DNA of 58,173 nt from Candidatus Cloacimonadota bacterium (GTDB lineage Bacteria; Cloacimonadota; Cloacimonadia; JGIOTU-2), in assembly GCA_011043895.1 (NCBI GenBank), contig DRBZ01000099.1:1-58173 (forward strand). Reading direction: 5' to 3'. Positions 40,766 through 48,256 of the stretch are shown one piece after another; positions within the stretch are counted from its first letter, which is position 1, and every line of letters starts with the position of its first letter. Below the pieces are notes generated by a model. That model had not been told where the DNA came from and made no database searches. It saw only the letters and a program-made list of their open reading frames with translations. The position numbers and the translations under genes are program-made.

Positions 40766-43398
40766 TGGCTTCTCAAAAAACAGATTCATCCAAAGACTTC
40801 ACTCCTCTTATGCAGCAGTATCTATCCATAAAAAAAGAGCAACCGGATGCATTGTTACTGTTCAGAATGGGTGATTTCTATGAAACATTTTTTGAGGATG
40901 CCAAAACTGCGTCAAAAATACTGGGCATAACGCTTACAACACGGGATAAAAAAAAGAAAAATCCAGTTCCCCTTGCAGGTTTTCCCTATCATGCACTAGA
41001 AAATTTTCTTAAAAAGTTGCTGGATAACGGTATCAAAGTAGCAATCTGCGAGCAGGTAGAAGACCCCAAAAAAGCAAAGAAGCTGGTAAAAAGAAAGATC
41101 GTGGAGGTTATTACTCCTGGCACAATTCTCGAAGAGAACTACTTAAACGACAAAAGTAATAATTTCCTGAGTGCCATTTATGAGGGAAAACAAACCTGTG
41201 GTATTGCATCAATCGATATTTCTACTGGTGAATTCAGCTGCACCGAACTTCCATTCTCGAAGGTTGTTGATGAACTATCACGTATACATCCAACAGAGAT
41301 ACTCATCCCCGAGAATATGGATGAAAAGTTCAAAGAAAAAATACAGGTGTTTTACAGACCTGTGTTCACAGTATATGAAACTTGGCCCTATGAGTATCTG
41401 GAGTCTTTGGAGATATTGAAGAATCACTTTGATGTTGTGTCACTTGAAGCATTCGGTGTGCAGAACAAGTCATTAGCCGTGAGTGCCTCGGCAGTAATTC
41501 TCTCCTATCTGAAAAACTTGAAAGGGGGAGATCTCGCTCATGTGAATTCTCTACGATATTATTCCTCTACCCAGTATATGCAGGTGGATGCGCTTTCTCG
41601 GCATAATCTCGAATTGACCGAATCCATGCGCACCAGAACAAAGCATGGCACATTGCTCGAGGTCATGGATGAGACAAAAACTCCTATGGGAAGCAGGAAA
41701 CTCATCTTCTGGATGCTTAATCCGCTGATGGATAAAGATAGCATCATAGAACGGCTCGATGGTGTAGATGAACTTCTGGATAAAATCCATGTGAGGAATG
41801 GGCTTATCGAAATTCTGTCTGATATCGGTGACGTTGAGCGAATTATCAGCAAGATTGGAACCAACAAAGCATATCCCCGTGATCTGATAGCTTTGAAAAA
41901 CTACCTGCAGCTCGCTCAACCAATCTCTGAACTTATCTCACAATGCGAAGCAACACTTATCAATGAACAGTTCACTTCTATCCAAAACTTTGATGAAGTC
42001 ATCCTGCTCATTGAAAACGCACTTGAAGAAGAAGCACCAGCTACCCTGCAAGAAGGGGGTATCATCAAAAAGGGATATAATCAAGAACTTGATGAACTGA
42101 GAAAAAAGAGTAGAAAGGGCAAAGAATGGATCGCTGAACTTCAGGATAAAGAGATCGAGCGAACAAAAATCCCTAAACTTAAAGTGAAGTTCAATAATGT
42201 GTTTGGTTACTACATTGAAGTCACAAAAAGCCATCTGGATAAAGTGCCTGATGATTATATTCGAAAACAAACGCTGGTGAACGCTGAACGATTTATCACT
42301 CCCGAATTAAAAGAATTTGAAGATCAGGTGCTAGGCGCTGAGGAGCGAAGTACTCAGCTTGAGTATGAACTTTTCGTTGAGATTCGTGATAAGATGAAAA
42401 TGTTCATTCCCCGCATTCAGCAATTCTCACAGATCGTAGCCACACTCGATGTAGTAAGTAATCTTGCTCAGCTGGCGTATTACAATCACTATATACGTCC
42501 TGAAATAACAGAATCTAATGAGATAGAAATAAAAGAGGGACGACATCCAGTTATTGAGCAGCTCATGTCGGGGCATGAATTTATCCCAAATGATACCTAT
42601 ATGAATAATGATTCTGATCGAATCCTCCTTATCACTGGTCCGAACATGGCAGGCAAATCGACCTTTCTCAGACAGGTGGGATTACTCATCATCATGGCGC
42701 AAATGGGCTCTTTTGTGCCTGCAAAATCTGCAAAAATCGGCACTGTTGATAAGATCTTTACCCGTGTCGGCGCTTCAGATAATCTCGCACTCGGTCAAAG
42801 TACTTTTCTTGTTGAGATGATCGAAACAGCAAATATCTTACATAATGCTACTCCCCGAAGTCTGGTTTTATTGGATGAGATTGGCAGAGGTACAAGTACT
42901 TTTGATGGATTGAGTATCGCATGGGCAGTTGTTGAGTATTTACATGAAAATTCAAAAATCGCAGCGAAAACACTCTTCGCAACCCATTATCACGAATTGA
43001 CTGAGCTTGCCAATGTTTACAAGGGCGTGAAAAATTATAATATCACTGCAAAAGAATATCAGGACAGGATCATATTTCTGAGGAAAGTAGTGCCAGGAAG
43101 TGCCGATCAGAGTTATGGTATTCAGGTAGCAAAACTCGCTGGTATTCCTAAAAATGTCATCACTCGAGCTCAGGAAATTCTGGAAGAACTCGAGAAAAGT
43201 GAATTCAATGAATCAAGTATTCTGGAAAAGACAAAGAGGAAGAAAGCAGAGATAAATCAAACTTCTTTTATAGAAGTCCTCTCACAAAAAACGAGTAAGG
43301 AAAGAGCAATTATTAGGGAATTAATGGAACTTGATGTGAATGATCTTACCCCGATAGATGCCTTGACCTTCCTTTCCAAACTTAAAGAAAAATTATAA
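40765..43398 (+). CDS. mutS: DNA mismatch repair protein MutS
   Basis: TPLMQQY...GDFYE mismatch-binding N-terminus, Walker A GPNMAGKST, DEIGRGTST and FATHYHEL. Confidence 0.95.
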   Translation: MASQKTDSSKDFTPLMQQYLSIKKEQPDALLLFRMGDFYETFFEDAKTASKILGITLTTRDKKKKNPVPLAGFPYHALENFLKKLLDNGIKVAICEQVEDPKKAKKLVKRKIVEVITPGTILEENYLNDKSNNFLSAIYEGKQTCGIASIDISTGEFSCTELPFSKVVDELSRIHPTEILIPENMDEKFKEKIQVFYRPVFTVYETWPYEYLESLEILKNHFDVVSLEAFGVQNKSLAVSASAVILSYLKNLKGGDLAHVNSLRYYSSTQYMQVDALSRHNLELTESMRTRTKHGTLLEVMDETKTPMGSRKLIFWMLNPLMDKDSIIERLDGVDELLDKIHVRNGLIEILSDIGDVERIISKIGTNKAYPRDLIALKNYLQLAQPISELISQCEATLINEQFTSIQNFDEVILLIENALEEEAPATLQEGGIIKKGYNQELDELRKKSRKGKEWIAELQDKEIERTKIPKLKVKFNNVFGYYIEVTKSHLDKVPDDYIRKQTLVNAERFITPELKEFEDQVLGAEERSTQLEYELFVEIRDKMKMFIPRIQQFSQIVATLDVVSNLAQLAYYNHYIRPEITESNEIEIKEGRHPVIEQLMSGHEFIPNDTYMNNDSDRILLITGPNMAGKSTFLRQVGLLIIMAQMGSFVPAKSAKIGTVDKIFTRVGASDNLALGQSTFLVEMIETANILHNATPRSLVLLDEIGRGTSTFDGLSIAWAVVEYLHENSKIAAKTLFATHYHELTELANVYKGVKNYNITAKEYQDRIIFLRKVVPGSADQSYGIQVAKLAGIPKNVITRAQEILEELEKSEFNESSILEKTKRKKAEINQTSFIEVLSQKTSKERAIIRELMELDVNDLTPIDALTFLSKLKEKL

Positions 43399-43408
43399 TC
43401 TAACTCCC

Positions 43409-44398
43409 CTATTCATCCTCTCCAAACAATGACCTGAGTAGTTCTAACTCATCATCCGGCACTCGGTGGATTCCCTGATCATCTTCCGGATATTTTTCGA
43501 GCAATGCTATAATTTTTGCTTCGTCTTCTGCTTTGACTCTCTGATGAAAGGTATGAGGAGTAGGAGTTTGCAATACTTTAAGATAGTTTTTATCCATCAT
43601 AAAAGTAAAATAAAAAGACTCTTTTCTATCATTCTTATTATTGAAGATGACGTGAATTGTGTAGATCGAATCTTGTAACTGTACTTCAAACTCAAGCACC
43701 TCCTTAATATCAAAATGATATACAATCCCACCATTTTTCTTCTTAGAAAAGTAATAAAACATCTTATCAATAGTATTGCTGTCGAGATGTTCCCTGAAAC
43801 TTATAAGGAATTTCTTTATATCATCATTCACCTGAGGATTCAATACCTTTTTTGTAGCAATCATACCAAGTTTGATATATGTCTCGGCTTTGATCTTTCT
43901 TTTAATCCTTGAGATCCGTTGTCGTAATGTCGCATTCTTTTCACCTGTGATCTCTTGCATTTTGTGTATATCATTTTCACAATCCAGATATAAAAGGTAT
44001 GTTCTCAATTCCTTCTCGGAAAGTTTATTCCTGGCAATATCGATTGCTGTCAGAAGTTCATCTCGTTCCTGCGCTGAAAAATCTAGGCTACTATATATCT
44101 TGGAGCGTAGCTCATCAGCCACATTAACAGTAATATCCTTTCGAAAGTTCTTTTCAGCTTCCAATTTATTAAAATATTGTTTACTATAGTTTTTACATGT
44201 GGTTACAATCCATCCTTTATGGTTAATATCTCCTAATTGATCACGCTTGAGGAGGTAATAATAAATAGTCTGTGATGCAATATCTTCTGCTACTTCCAGG
44301 CTCGAAACCAGCGATCGGGCAGTTCTATAGGCTAAAGAATAAAGTTCCTGAAGGAATCTATCTTCTTCTTTTTGTGAGTTAACTTTTCTTTTTTTCAT
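43409..44398 (-). CDS. Sigma-70-family (ECF-like) sigma factor with a C-terminal extension of about 150 aa
   Basis: Region-2-like AEDIASQT...GWIVTTCKNYSKQYF. Region-4 HTH LSEKELRTYLLYL...MQEITGEKNATLRQRISRIKRKIK ends near aa 170. The remaining ~155 aa are alpha+beta, possibly NTF2/SnoaL-like (inference). Confidence 0.6.
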   Translation of the reverse strand: MKKRKVNSQKEEDRFLQELYSLAYRTARSLVSSLEVAEDIASQTIYYYLLKRDQLGDINHKGWIVTTCKNYSKQYFNKLEAEKNFRKDITVNVADELRSKIYSSLDFSAQERDELLTAIDIARNKLSEKELRTYLLYLDCENDIHKMQEITGEKNATLRQRISRIKRKIKAETYIKLGMIATKKVLNPQVNDDIKKFLISFREHLDSNTIDKMFYYFSKKKNGGIVYHFDIKEVLEFEVQLQDSIYTIHVIFNNKNDRKESFYFTFMMDKNYLKVLQTPTPHTFHQRVKAEDEAKIIALLEKYPEDDQGIHRVPDDELELLRSLFGEDE

Positions 44399-44633
44399 TA
44401 TTGTTCTCTATATAAAAGAGAAATTTTCGAGCCCAAAACTTCATATTGTCCTTATAAGATTACAGATTTAAATCATTTCTACTTAATCTTTTTATTATCT
44501 CTACGAACCATTTATGATGCCTGATAATGACTAATGTTCATTGTCGTCAATTTTTTCATTGGTGTTCTTCATAATATTTAACCGCGAAAAACAAGATTTC
44601 TATGAAGAAAAACCAAATTTTTTTCATTTTTTT

Positions 44634-44656
44634 AAACTTTTTTGAGTGGTTTCGTC
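44634..44656 (+). promoter_or_regulatory. Candidate ECF-type promoter (AAAC-N15-CGTC)
   Basis: aaac (44634-44637), 15 nt, then cgtc (44653-44656), about 50 nt upstream of the 44708 start. It resembles the AAC-N16-CGT architecture of ECF promoters. There is only a single occurrence, so support is weak. Confidence 0.3.
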
Positions 44657-44707
44657 ACAAAATCGCCATTTTCATGATATATAAGTAAAGGACATGAAAG
44701 GAGAAAT

Positions 44708-44992
44708 ATGAAAAAAAAAGTAATTTTATTTTGTATTTCGATGATAATAGTAGTAGTATTAGCTACTCAAGTTTTTGCAATGACTGGTGCTGACTTAAAA
44801 TCACTCTGTTCATCAAGTGAAGAACCCATTATCTCACAATACCTCAGCGATGATATTGATTATCCTGTAATTACAGAAAATGATCTCGATAGTGATGACC
44901 AAACCATGCTTGAAGCTGTTGTTGTTGGAGAAAATGGAGAAGAATATATTATAATAATTGTTAACGGTGAAATACACATACTACAAAAATAA
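44708..44992 (+). CDS. Small secreted acidic protein (94 aa), function unknown
   Basis: aaaggag RBS. Signal peptide MKKKVILFCISMIIVVVLATQVFA, an acidic middle, and C-terminal VVVGENGEEYIIIIVNGEIHILQK. Confidence 0.6.
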   Translation: MKKKVILFCISMIIVVVLATQVFAMTGADLKSLCSSSEEPIISQYLSDDIDYPVITENDLDSDDQTMLEAVVVGENGEEYIIIIVNGEIHILQK

Positions 44993-45004
44993 CAGGAGAA
45001 CATT

Positions 45005-45115
45005 ATGACAATTAAAAGAGTTTATGACGGTAACGGTGGAGAGTATATTGTAATAATTTCTGAAGATGGTATATTCGTTGGACATGAAAAAAAGTCAGCA
45101 AATAACAAAGGTTAA
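45005..45115 (+). CDS. Micro-ORF (36 aa) sharing a motif with the C-terminus of the preceding protein
   Basis: Not in the track (under 60 aa). The aggag RBS is 6 nt upstream of ATG 45005. Translation: MTIKRVYDGNGGEYIVIISEDGIFVGHEKKSANNKG, with stop TAA at 45113-45115. Confidence 0.5.
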   Translation: MTIKRVYDGNGGEYIVIISEDGIFVGHEKKSANNKG

Positions 45116-45137
45116 ATTATTTAGTAAATAAAAAAGC

Positions 45138-45617
45138 ATGGAACTACAAAAGATACTGATCGTTGAAGATGAACTGATTATCTCGTTGCACTTTCGAAGA
45201 ATGCTCGAAAGCATGGGAAACTACGAAGTGAAGTGTGAGTCCTACGGAGAAAAAGCAGTTGAGTTAGCTTTTGAGATGGAACCAGATGTTATTTTTATGG
45301 ATATTAATCTTAAAGGCGAAATGAATGGAATAGAAGCTGCAGAGCAAATTCTCAATTCTGACAATATTCCAATTATCTTTGTTACCGCATATAGTGATGA
45401 TGAAACAATCGAACGATCGAAACTTCTTAATCCCTTTGGTTATCTTAACAAGCCGATGCATATCCATGCGGTTAAGAACTTAATGGATAGTCTTATAGAC
45501 TATAATAAGAATAGCAATCAAACTTATGAGGTAGTAAAAGAGGATGGGCATTATGGAGACTTCTACGAACCACTAATTATGTCTTCTCCGCACTTCGCTC
45601 ATCGCAAAGAAGAGTGA
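45138..45617 (+). CDS. Stand-alone response-regulator receiver (CheY-like) with a short non-DNA-binding tail
   Basis: ILIVEDE, phospho-acceptor context DVIFMDINL, IIFVTAY and K in LNKP. There is no output domain. The last 11 codons lie inside a GC-rich hairpin. Confidence 0.85.
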   Translation: MELQKILIVEDELIISLHFRRMLESMGNYEVKCESYGEKAVELAFEMEPDVIFMDINLKGEMNGIEAAEQILNSDNIPIIFVTAYSDDETIERSKLLNPFGYLNKPMHIHAVKNLMDSLIDYNKNSNQTYEVVKEDGHYGDFYEPLIMSSPHFAHRKEE

Positions 45618-45626
45618 GGAGCGGAG
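45586..45626. repeat. GC-rich imperfect hairpin spanning the receiver gene stop codon
   Basis: ctccgcacttcgctc (45586-45600) and gagtgaggagcggag (45612-45626). The outer 6 bp are perfect and the inner arm has mismatches. No U-tract follows. Confidence 0.5.
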
Positions 45627-45764
45627 GAGCATAATTGCTTCTATGTTGACCGTTTAGGCACATCGCATCTTCTCGATTAGAACTCGAGCTTGAATAATTT
45701 TATAGAAATTAATAATTTTTATGTAATTAAAATTACTTTTTCTGATTTGCCACAAGATTAATCT

Positions 45765-45850
45765 CGTGGCTATTCACATTTTATGTTATTCTATATACTG
45801 TAATCATGCTCCTGTGTGTTTACTTAAAAATGGTTGTATCATGTGTTCAT
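45765..45850 (+). repeat. Copy A of the ~85-nt direct repeat
   Basis: Core 1 is aatctcgtggctattca (45770-45786). Core 2 is taatcatgctcctgtg (45811-45826). They are exactly 24 nt apart, and tttac and tgtgttcat matches follow. Confidence 0.7.
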
Positions 45851-46164
45851 TGTTTTATAAAATAGTGGAATAAAAAGGATGAATAAAATGCTCATTCGAA
45901 TTAGCATAATGAAAAGAGAAGTAGAAACTTTATGCTGTCGTTTATTAAGTTGTATATGAATTGCAGAAATATTCCCCATCACCACCATACTACACTCTAT
46001 TACAGACAATAACACAAATTATTAAATTGGTGCAGAGTATTAATTACTTTCTGAATATTGTATAGAAATAAGTTCACCTGAAAAGCACCTGCTTACTAAC
46101 CATATCAATAACAACTACTTACAAAACTTAAAAGTCAAGTTAAGTTGTCATGAACCATAATGAT

Positions 46165-46261
46165 TGTCATCCTCGAGTAAGAAATTTTAATTTCTTACGA
46201 AGGATCTCCCATAATTCTGGATTATCGTTCTGTGAGACTCCTCGACAAGCTCAGAGTGACA
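46165..46261. repeat. GC-rich palindromic mini-element (MITE/REP-like)
   Basis: The ends tgtcatcctcgag and gctcagagtgaca are imperfect inverted repeats. An internal perfect hairpin is gtaagaaa (46177-46184) / tttcttac (46191-46198). The element contains the 15-mer gaaggatctcccata (46199-46213), which is the reverse complement of 231-245. Confidence 0.55.
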
Positions 46262-46337
46262 ATTCTTTTTTATGGAAGTGGTTCATAATAAAGCGTGAAC
46301 CTCTCACGGAAATATTATTTATGAGGAAAAAAATATC

Positions 46338-47777
46338 TTAATAATACAATTTCTGCCCGGGATAAATATACACGATATTCTGTCCATTCCTAACTGTTAC
46401 AGACAGATTGTTCTGCCGGATAAGTTGCTGACTGTTTATTCCCAGTTTACTGGCAATGTCAGCAAGTGTATCTCCCTTTTTTACCACATAATAATTCGTT
46501 GGTTTCGTATTCGTAGAAATAAGGTTCAGTCTTTGTCCGGGATGTATGATTGTAGAAGTCAAACCATTGATGCTCATCAGGTGAGAAACCGTTGTATTAT
46601 ACTTCCTTGCAATGAGCCAGAGATTCTCTCCTGTTTTTACTTTATGTTCTGTAAAATAACCATTGTTTTCTTCAAGGAATTGTGATTCAATCTGTGCTAC
46701 TTCAGCTTCATTGGGAACTGAATCGATAGGAAGTAAGACCGTGTAGGTTCCGGGACTTATCACCACATCATTTATAGGTGAATACGTATAGTTATTTCTT
46801 TTGTAAATTTTTATCCATGGATTCAATTCCCATACTTCACGTATTACTGTGCCCTGCGCTTGTGCCCAATTATCGAGTTTATAATATCCTTCCAGCTGAA
46901 GATGAACTATTCTGCAAGTTTCATACAAGCTAGGTTCTTTATCAAAGAGCTTGGTGAATATTTTATCTTCGTTCTCAATAATATATTTGATCGCAAGAGT
47001 ACGCCACACATAATCATCAGTTTCGGACTTTCTCTGTATCAAGCTGAAGAAATCCTTTCCGCCTTGCTCGTTTATAGCTTTTGTAATATTCCCCAGTCCG
47101 GCATTAAATGCACATATGGCAAGTAAAAGATCTGGAGCTCCCCTGTTACTAAGCGCTTTCAAGCTCCAGTTCAGATATTCGCATGCCGCTTGAGTGGATG
47201 CAAAAATATCACTTCGCTGGTCAACGAACTGGTTCATCTCAATATCATAATACTCAGCAGTTGATTTGATGAACTGCCAGTATCCGGTTGCATTGGCTGA
47301 TGAGTGAGCGAGAGGACTGAGATAACTCTCTGCTACCGCAAGGTATTTTATGTCAGTGTGTAAACCATTCTTAACAAGGATGTCCTCAATAACTGGAAAA
47401 TATTTAGTGGTTCTGGGAATATACTTGTAAGCAAACTTGATCTCTGCTTTATACCAGTAATGAAATTTCTGGAAGATCCGATCATTTGTCATATCAAAGG
47501 AGTAACCCGCAAAATACAGCGTATCTGGAAATTCCATGTCGTTCTTGATGCGCGTTGTATTGTTTAGATACGCAATCGAATCCTGCAAATTCGAAATTGT
47601 TCGATAAAGTGAATCTATGTGTATTTGATGAGAAAAAATAATCTGCCTGAGACTGTCATTTTCAATTTGGGCTTGTACTGCCAGATTATCGATAACAGAG
47701 ACATCTTCCTTCTGGTTAAGTGTCGCACAAGCTACTAAGATTAAAGGTATAAATAATAACAAAATGAAACTTTTCAT
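46338..47777 (-). CDS. Membrane-bound lytic murein transglycosylase (MltD-like) with two C-terminal LysM domains
   Basis: Lipoprotein-like N-terminus (LILVAC). SLT catalytic region AVAESYLSP...ATGYWQF. LysM units HKVKTGENLWLIARKYN and YVVKKGDTLADIASKLG. Confidence 0.85.
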   Translation of the reverse strand: MKSFILLLFIPLILVACATLNQKEDVSVIDNLAVQAQIENDSLRQIIFSHQIHIDSLYRTISNLQDSIAYLNNTTRIKNDMEFPDTLYFAGYSFDMTNDRIFQKFHYWYKAEIKFAYKYIPRTTKYFPVIEDILVKNGLHTDIKYLAVAESYLSPLAHSSANATGYWQFIKSTAEYYDIEMNQFVDQRSDIFASTQAACEYLNWSLKALSNRGAPDLLLAICAFNAGLGNITKAINEQGGKDFFSLIQRKSETDDYVWRTLAIKYIIENEDKIFTKLFDKEPSLYETCRIVHLQLEGYYKLDNWAQAQGTVIREVWELNPWIKIYKRNNYTYSPINDVVISPGTYTVLLPIDSVPNEAEVAQIESQFLEENNGYFTEHKVKTGENLWLIARKYNTTVSHLMSINGLTSTIIHPGQRLNLISTNTKPTNYYVVKKGDTLADIASKLGINSQQLIRQNNLSVTVRNGQNIVYIYPGQKLYY

Positions 47778-47880
47778 AATTAAATTTCTCTGAAATTATA
47801 TTGGATTTTAATCCTTTAATTTATCTTGTCATCGGGATTGAAATCCCTATAATATTGGGGCATCTTCTTTCCTTTCCTTG

Positions 47881-47965
47881 AGATAAATCTCGTGGCTATT
47901 CAAATGATATGATATCCTTTATGTCTTAATCATACTCCTGTGAATTTACGCTAAACATTGTGTTT
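47881..47965 (+). repeat. Copy B of the ~85-nt direct repeat
   Basis: Core 1 is aatctcgtggctattca (47886-47902). Core 2 is taatcatactcctgtg (47927-47942). The spacer is again exactly 24 nt. The copy lies between the operon terminator and the MltD-like gene start. Confidence 0.7.
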
Positions 47966-47968
47966 CAT

Positions 47969-48003
47969 AGTAAAAAAGAAGCCATCCAATATTAGGGATG
48001 GCT
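47969..48003 (-). terminator. Rho-independent terminator of the minus-strand operon ending in the ferredoxin gene
   Basis: On the minus strand the sequence reads agccatcc-ctaatatt-ggatggct (8-bp perfect stem) followed by tcttttttact, starting 21 nt after the ferredoxin stop. Confidence 0.8.
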
Positions 48004-48024
48004 GAAATTGAAATATGTTAATCC

Positions 48025-48195
48025 TTATTCAGAAATTGCCTCAGTAGGACATTCTGGAATACATGCACCGCAATCGACGCACAGCTCAGCATTACATACA
48101 GCGTAATCACCTTCGACTGAAAGGGCTTCTGTGGGGCATACATCGACGCATACACCGCAGGCAACACATTTTTCTTTATCAATTTTTACTGCCAT
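48025..48195 (-). CDS. Small 2x[4Fe-4S] ferredoxin (56 aa)
   Basis: CVACGVCVDVCP and CVDCGACIPECP. ATG 48195 follows a ggagga RBS. The track start 48324 would overlap tatD. Confidence 0.85.
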   Translation of the reverse strand: MAVKIDKEKCVACGVCVDVCPTEALSVEGDYAVCNAELCVDCGACIPECPTEAISE

Positions 48196-48256
48196 TCTTT
48201 CCTCCGCTAAATTATTCACATTTATTTTTTTGGTCAAAAAAGTAAGCTCATTTTTT

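Noticed and set aside
44602-44688. 28-aa hydrophobic micro-ORF MKKNQIFFIFLNFFEWFRHKIAIFMIYK in the sigma/small-ORF spacer.
   Set aside because: It has no RBS, it is AT-rich homopolymer-driven, and it overlaps the candidate promoter.
45770-45786. Sigma-54 promoter reading of the repeat core (tggctattca...).
   Set aside because: The GG is present, but the position where the -12 GC should fall (10 nt downstream) is TT in both copies.
45839-45988. 49-aa minus-strand micro-ORF MVVMGNISAIHIQLNKRQHKVSTSLFIMLIRMSILFILFIPLFYKTMNT, considered as a type I toxin-like hydrophobic peptide.
   Set aside because: It has no convincing RBS, and the equivalent part of repeat copy B is not coding. An ORF of this length can arise by chance. 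I cannot support it from sequence alone, but ribosome profiling would settle it.
46150-46341. 63-aa ORF MNHNDCHPRVRNFNFLRRISHNSGLSFCETPRQAQSDN...
   Set aside because: It is the translation of the palindromic mini-element. Such peptides are classic annotation artefacts.
47830-47860. CRISPR-repeat-like string gtcatcgggattgaaatccctataatattgggg.
   Set aside because: It is a single copy only. There is no spacer-repeat periodicity and there are no cas genes in the window.
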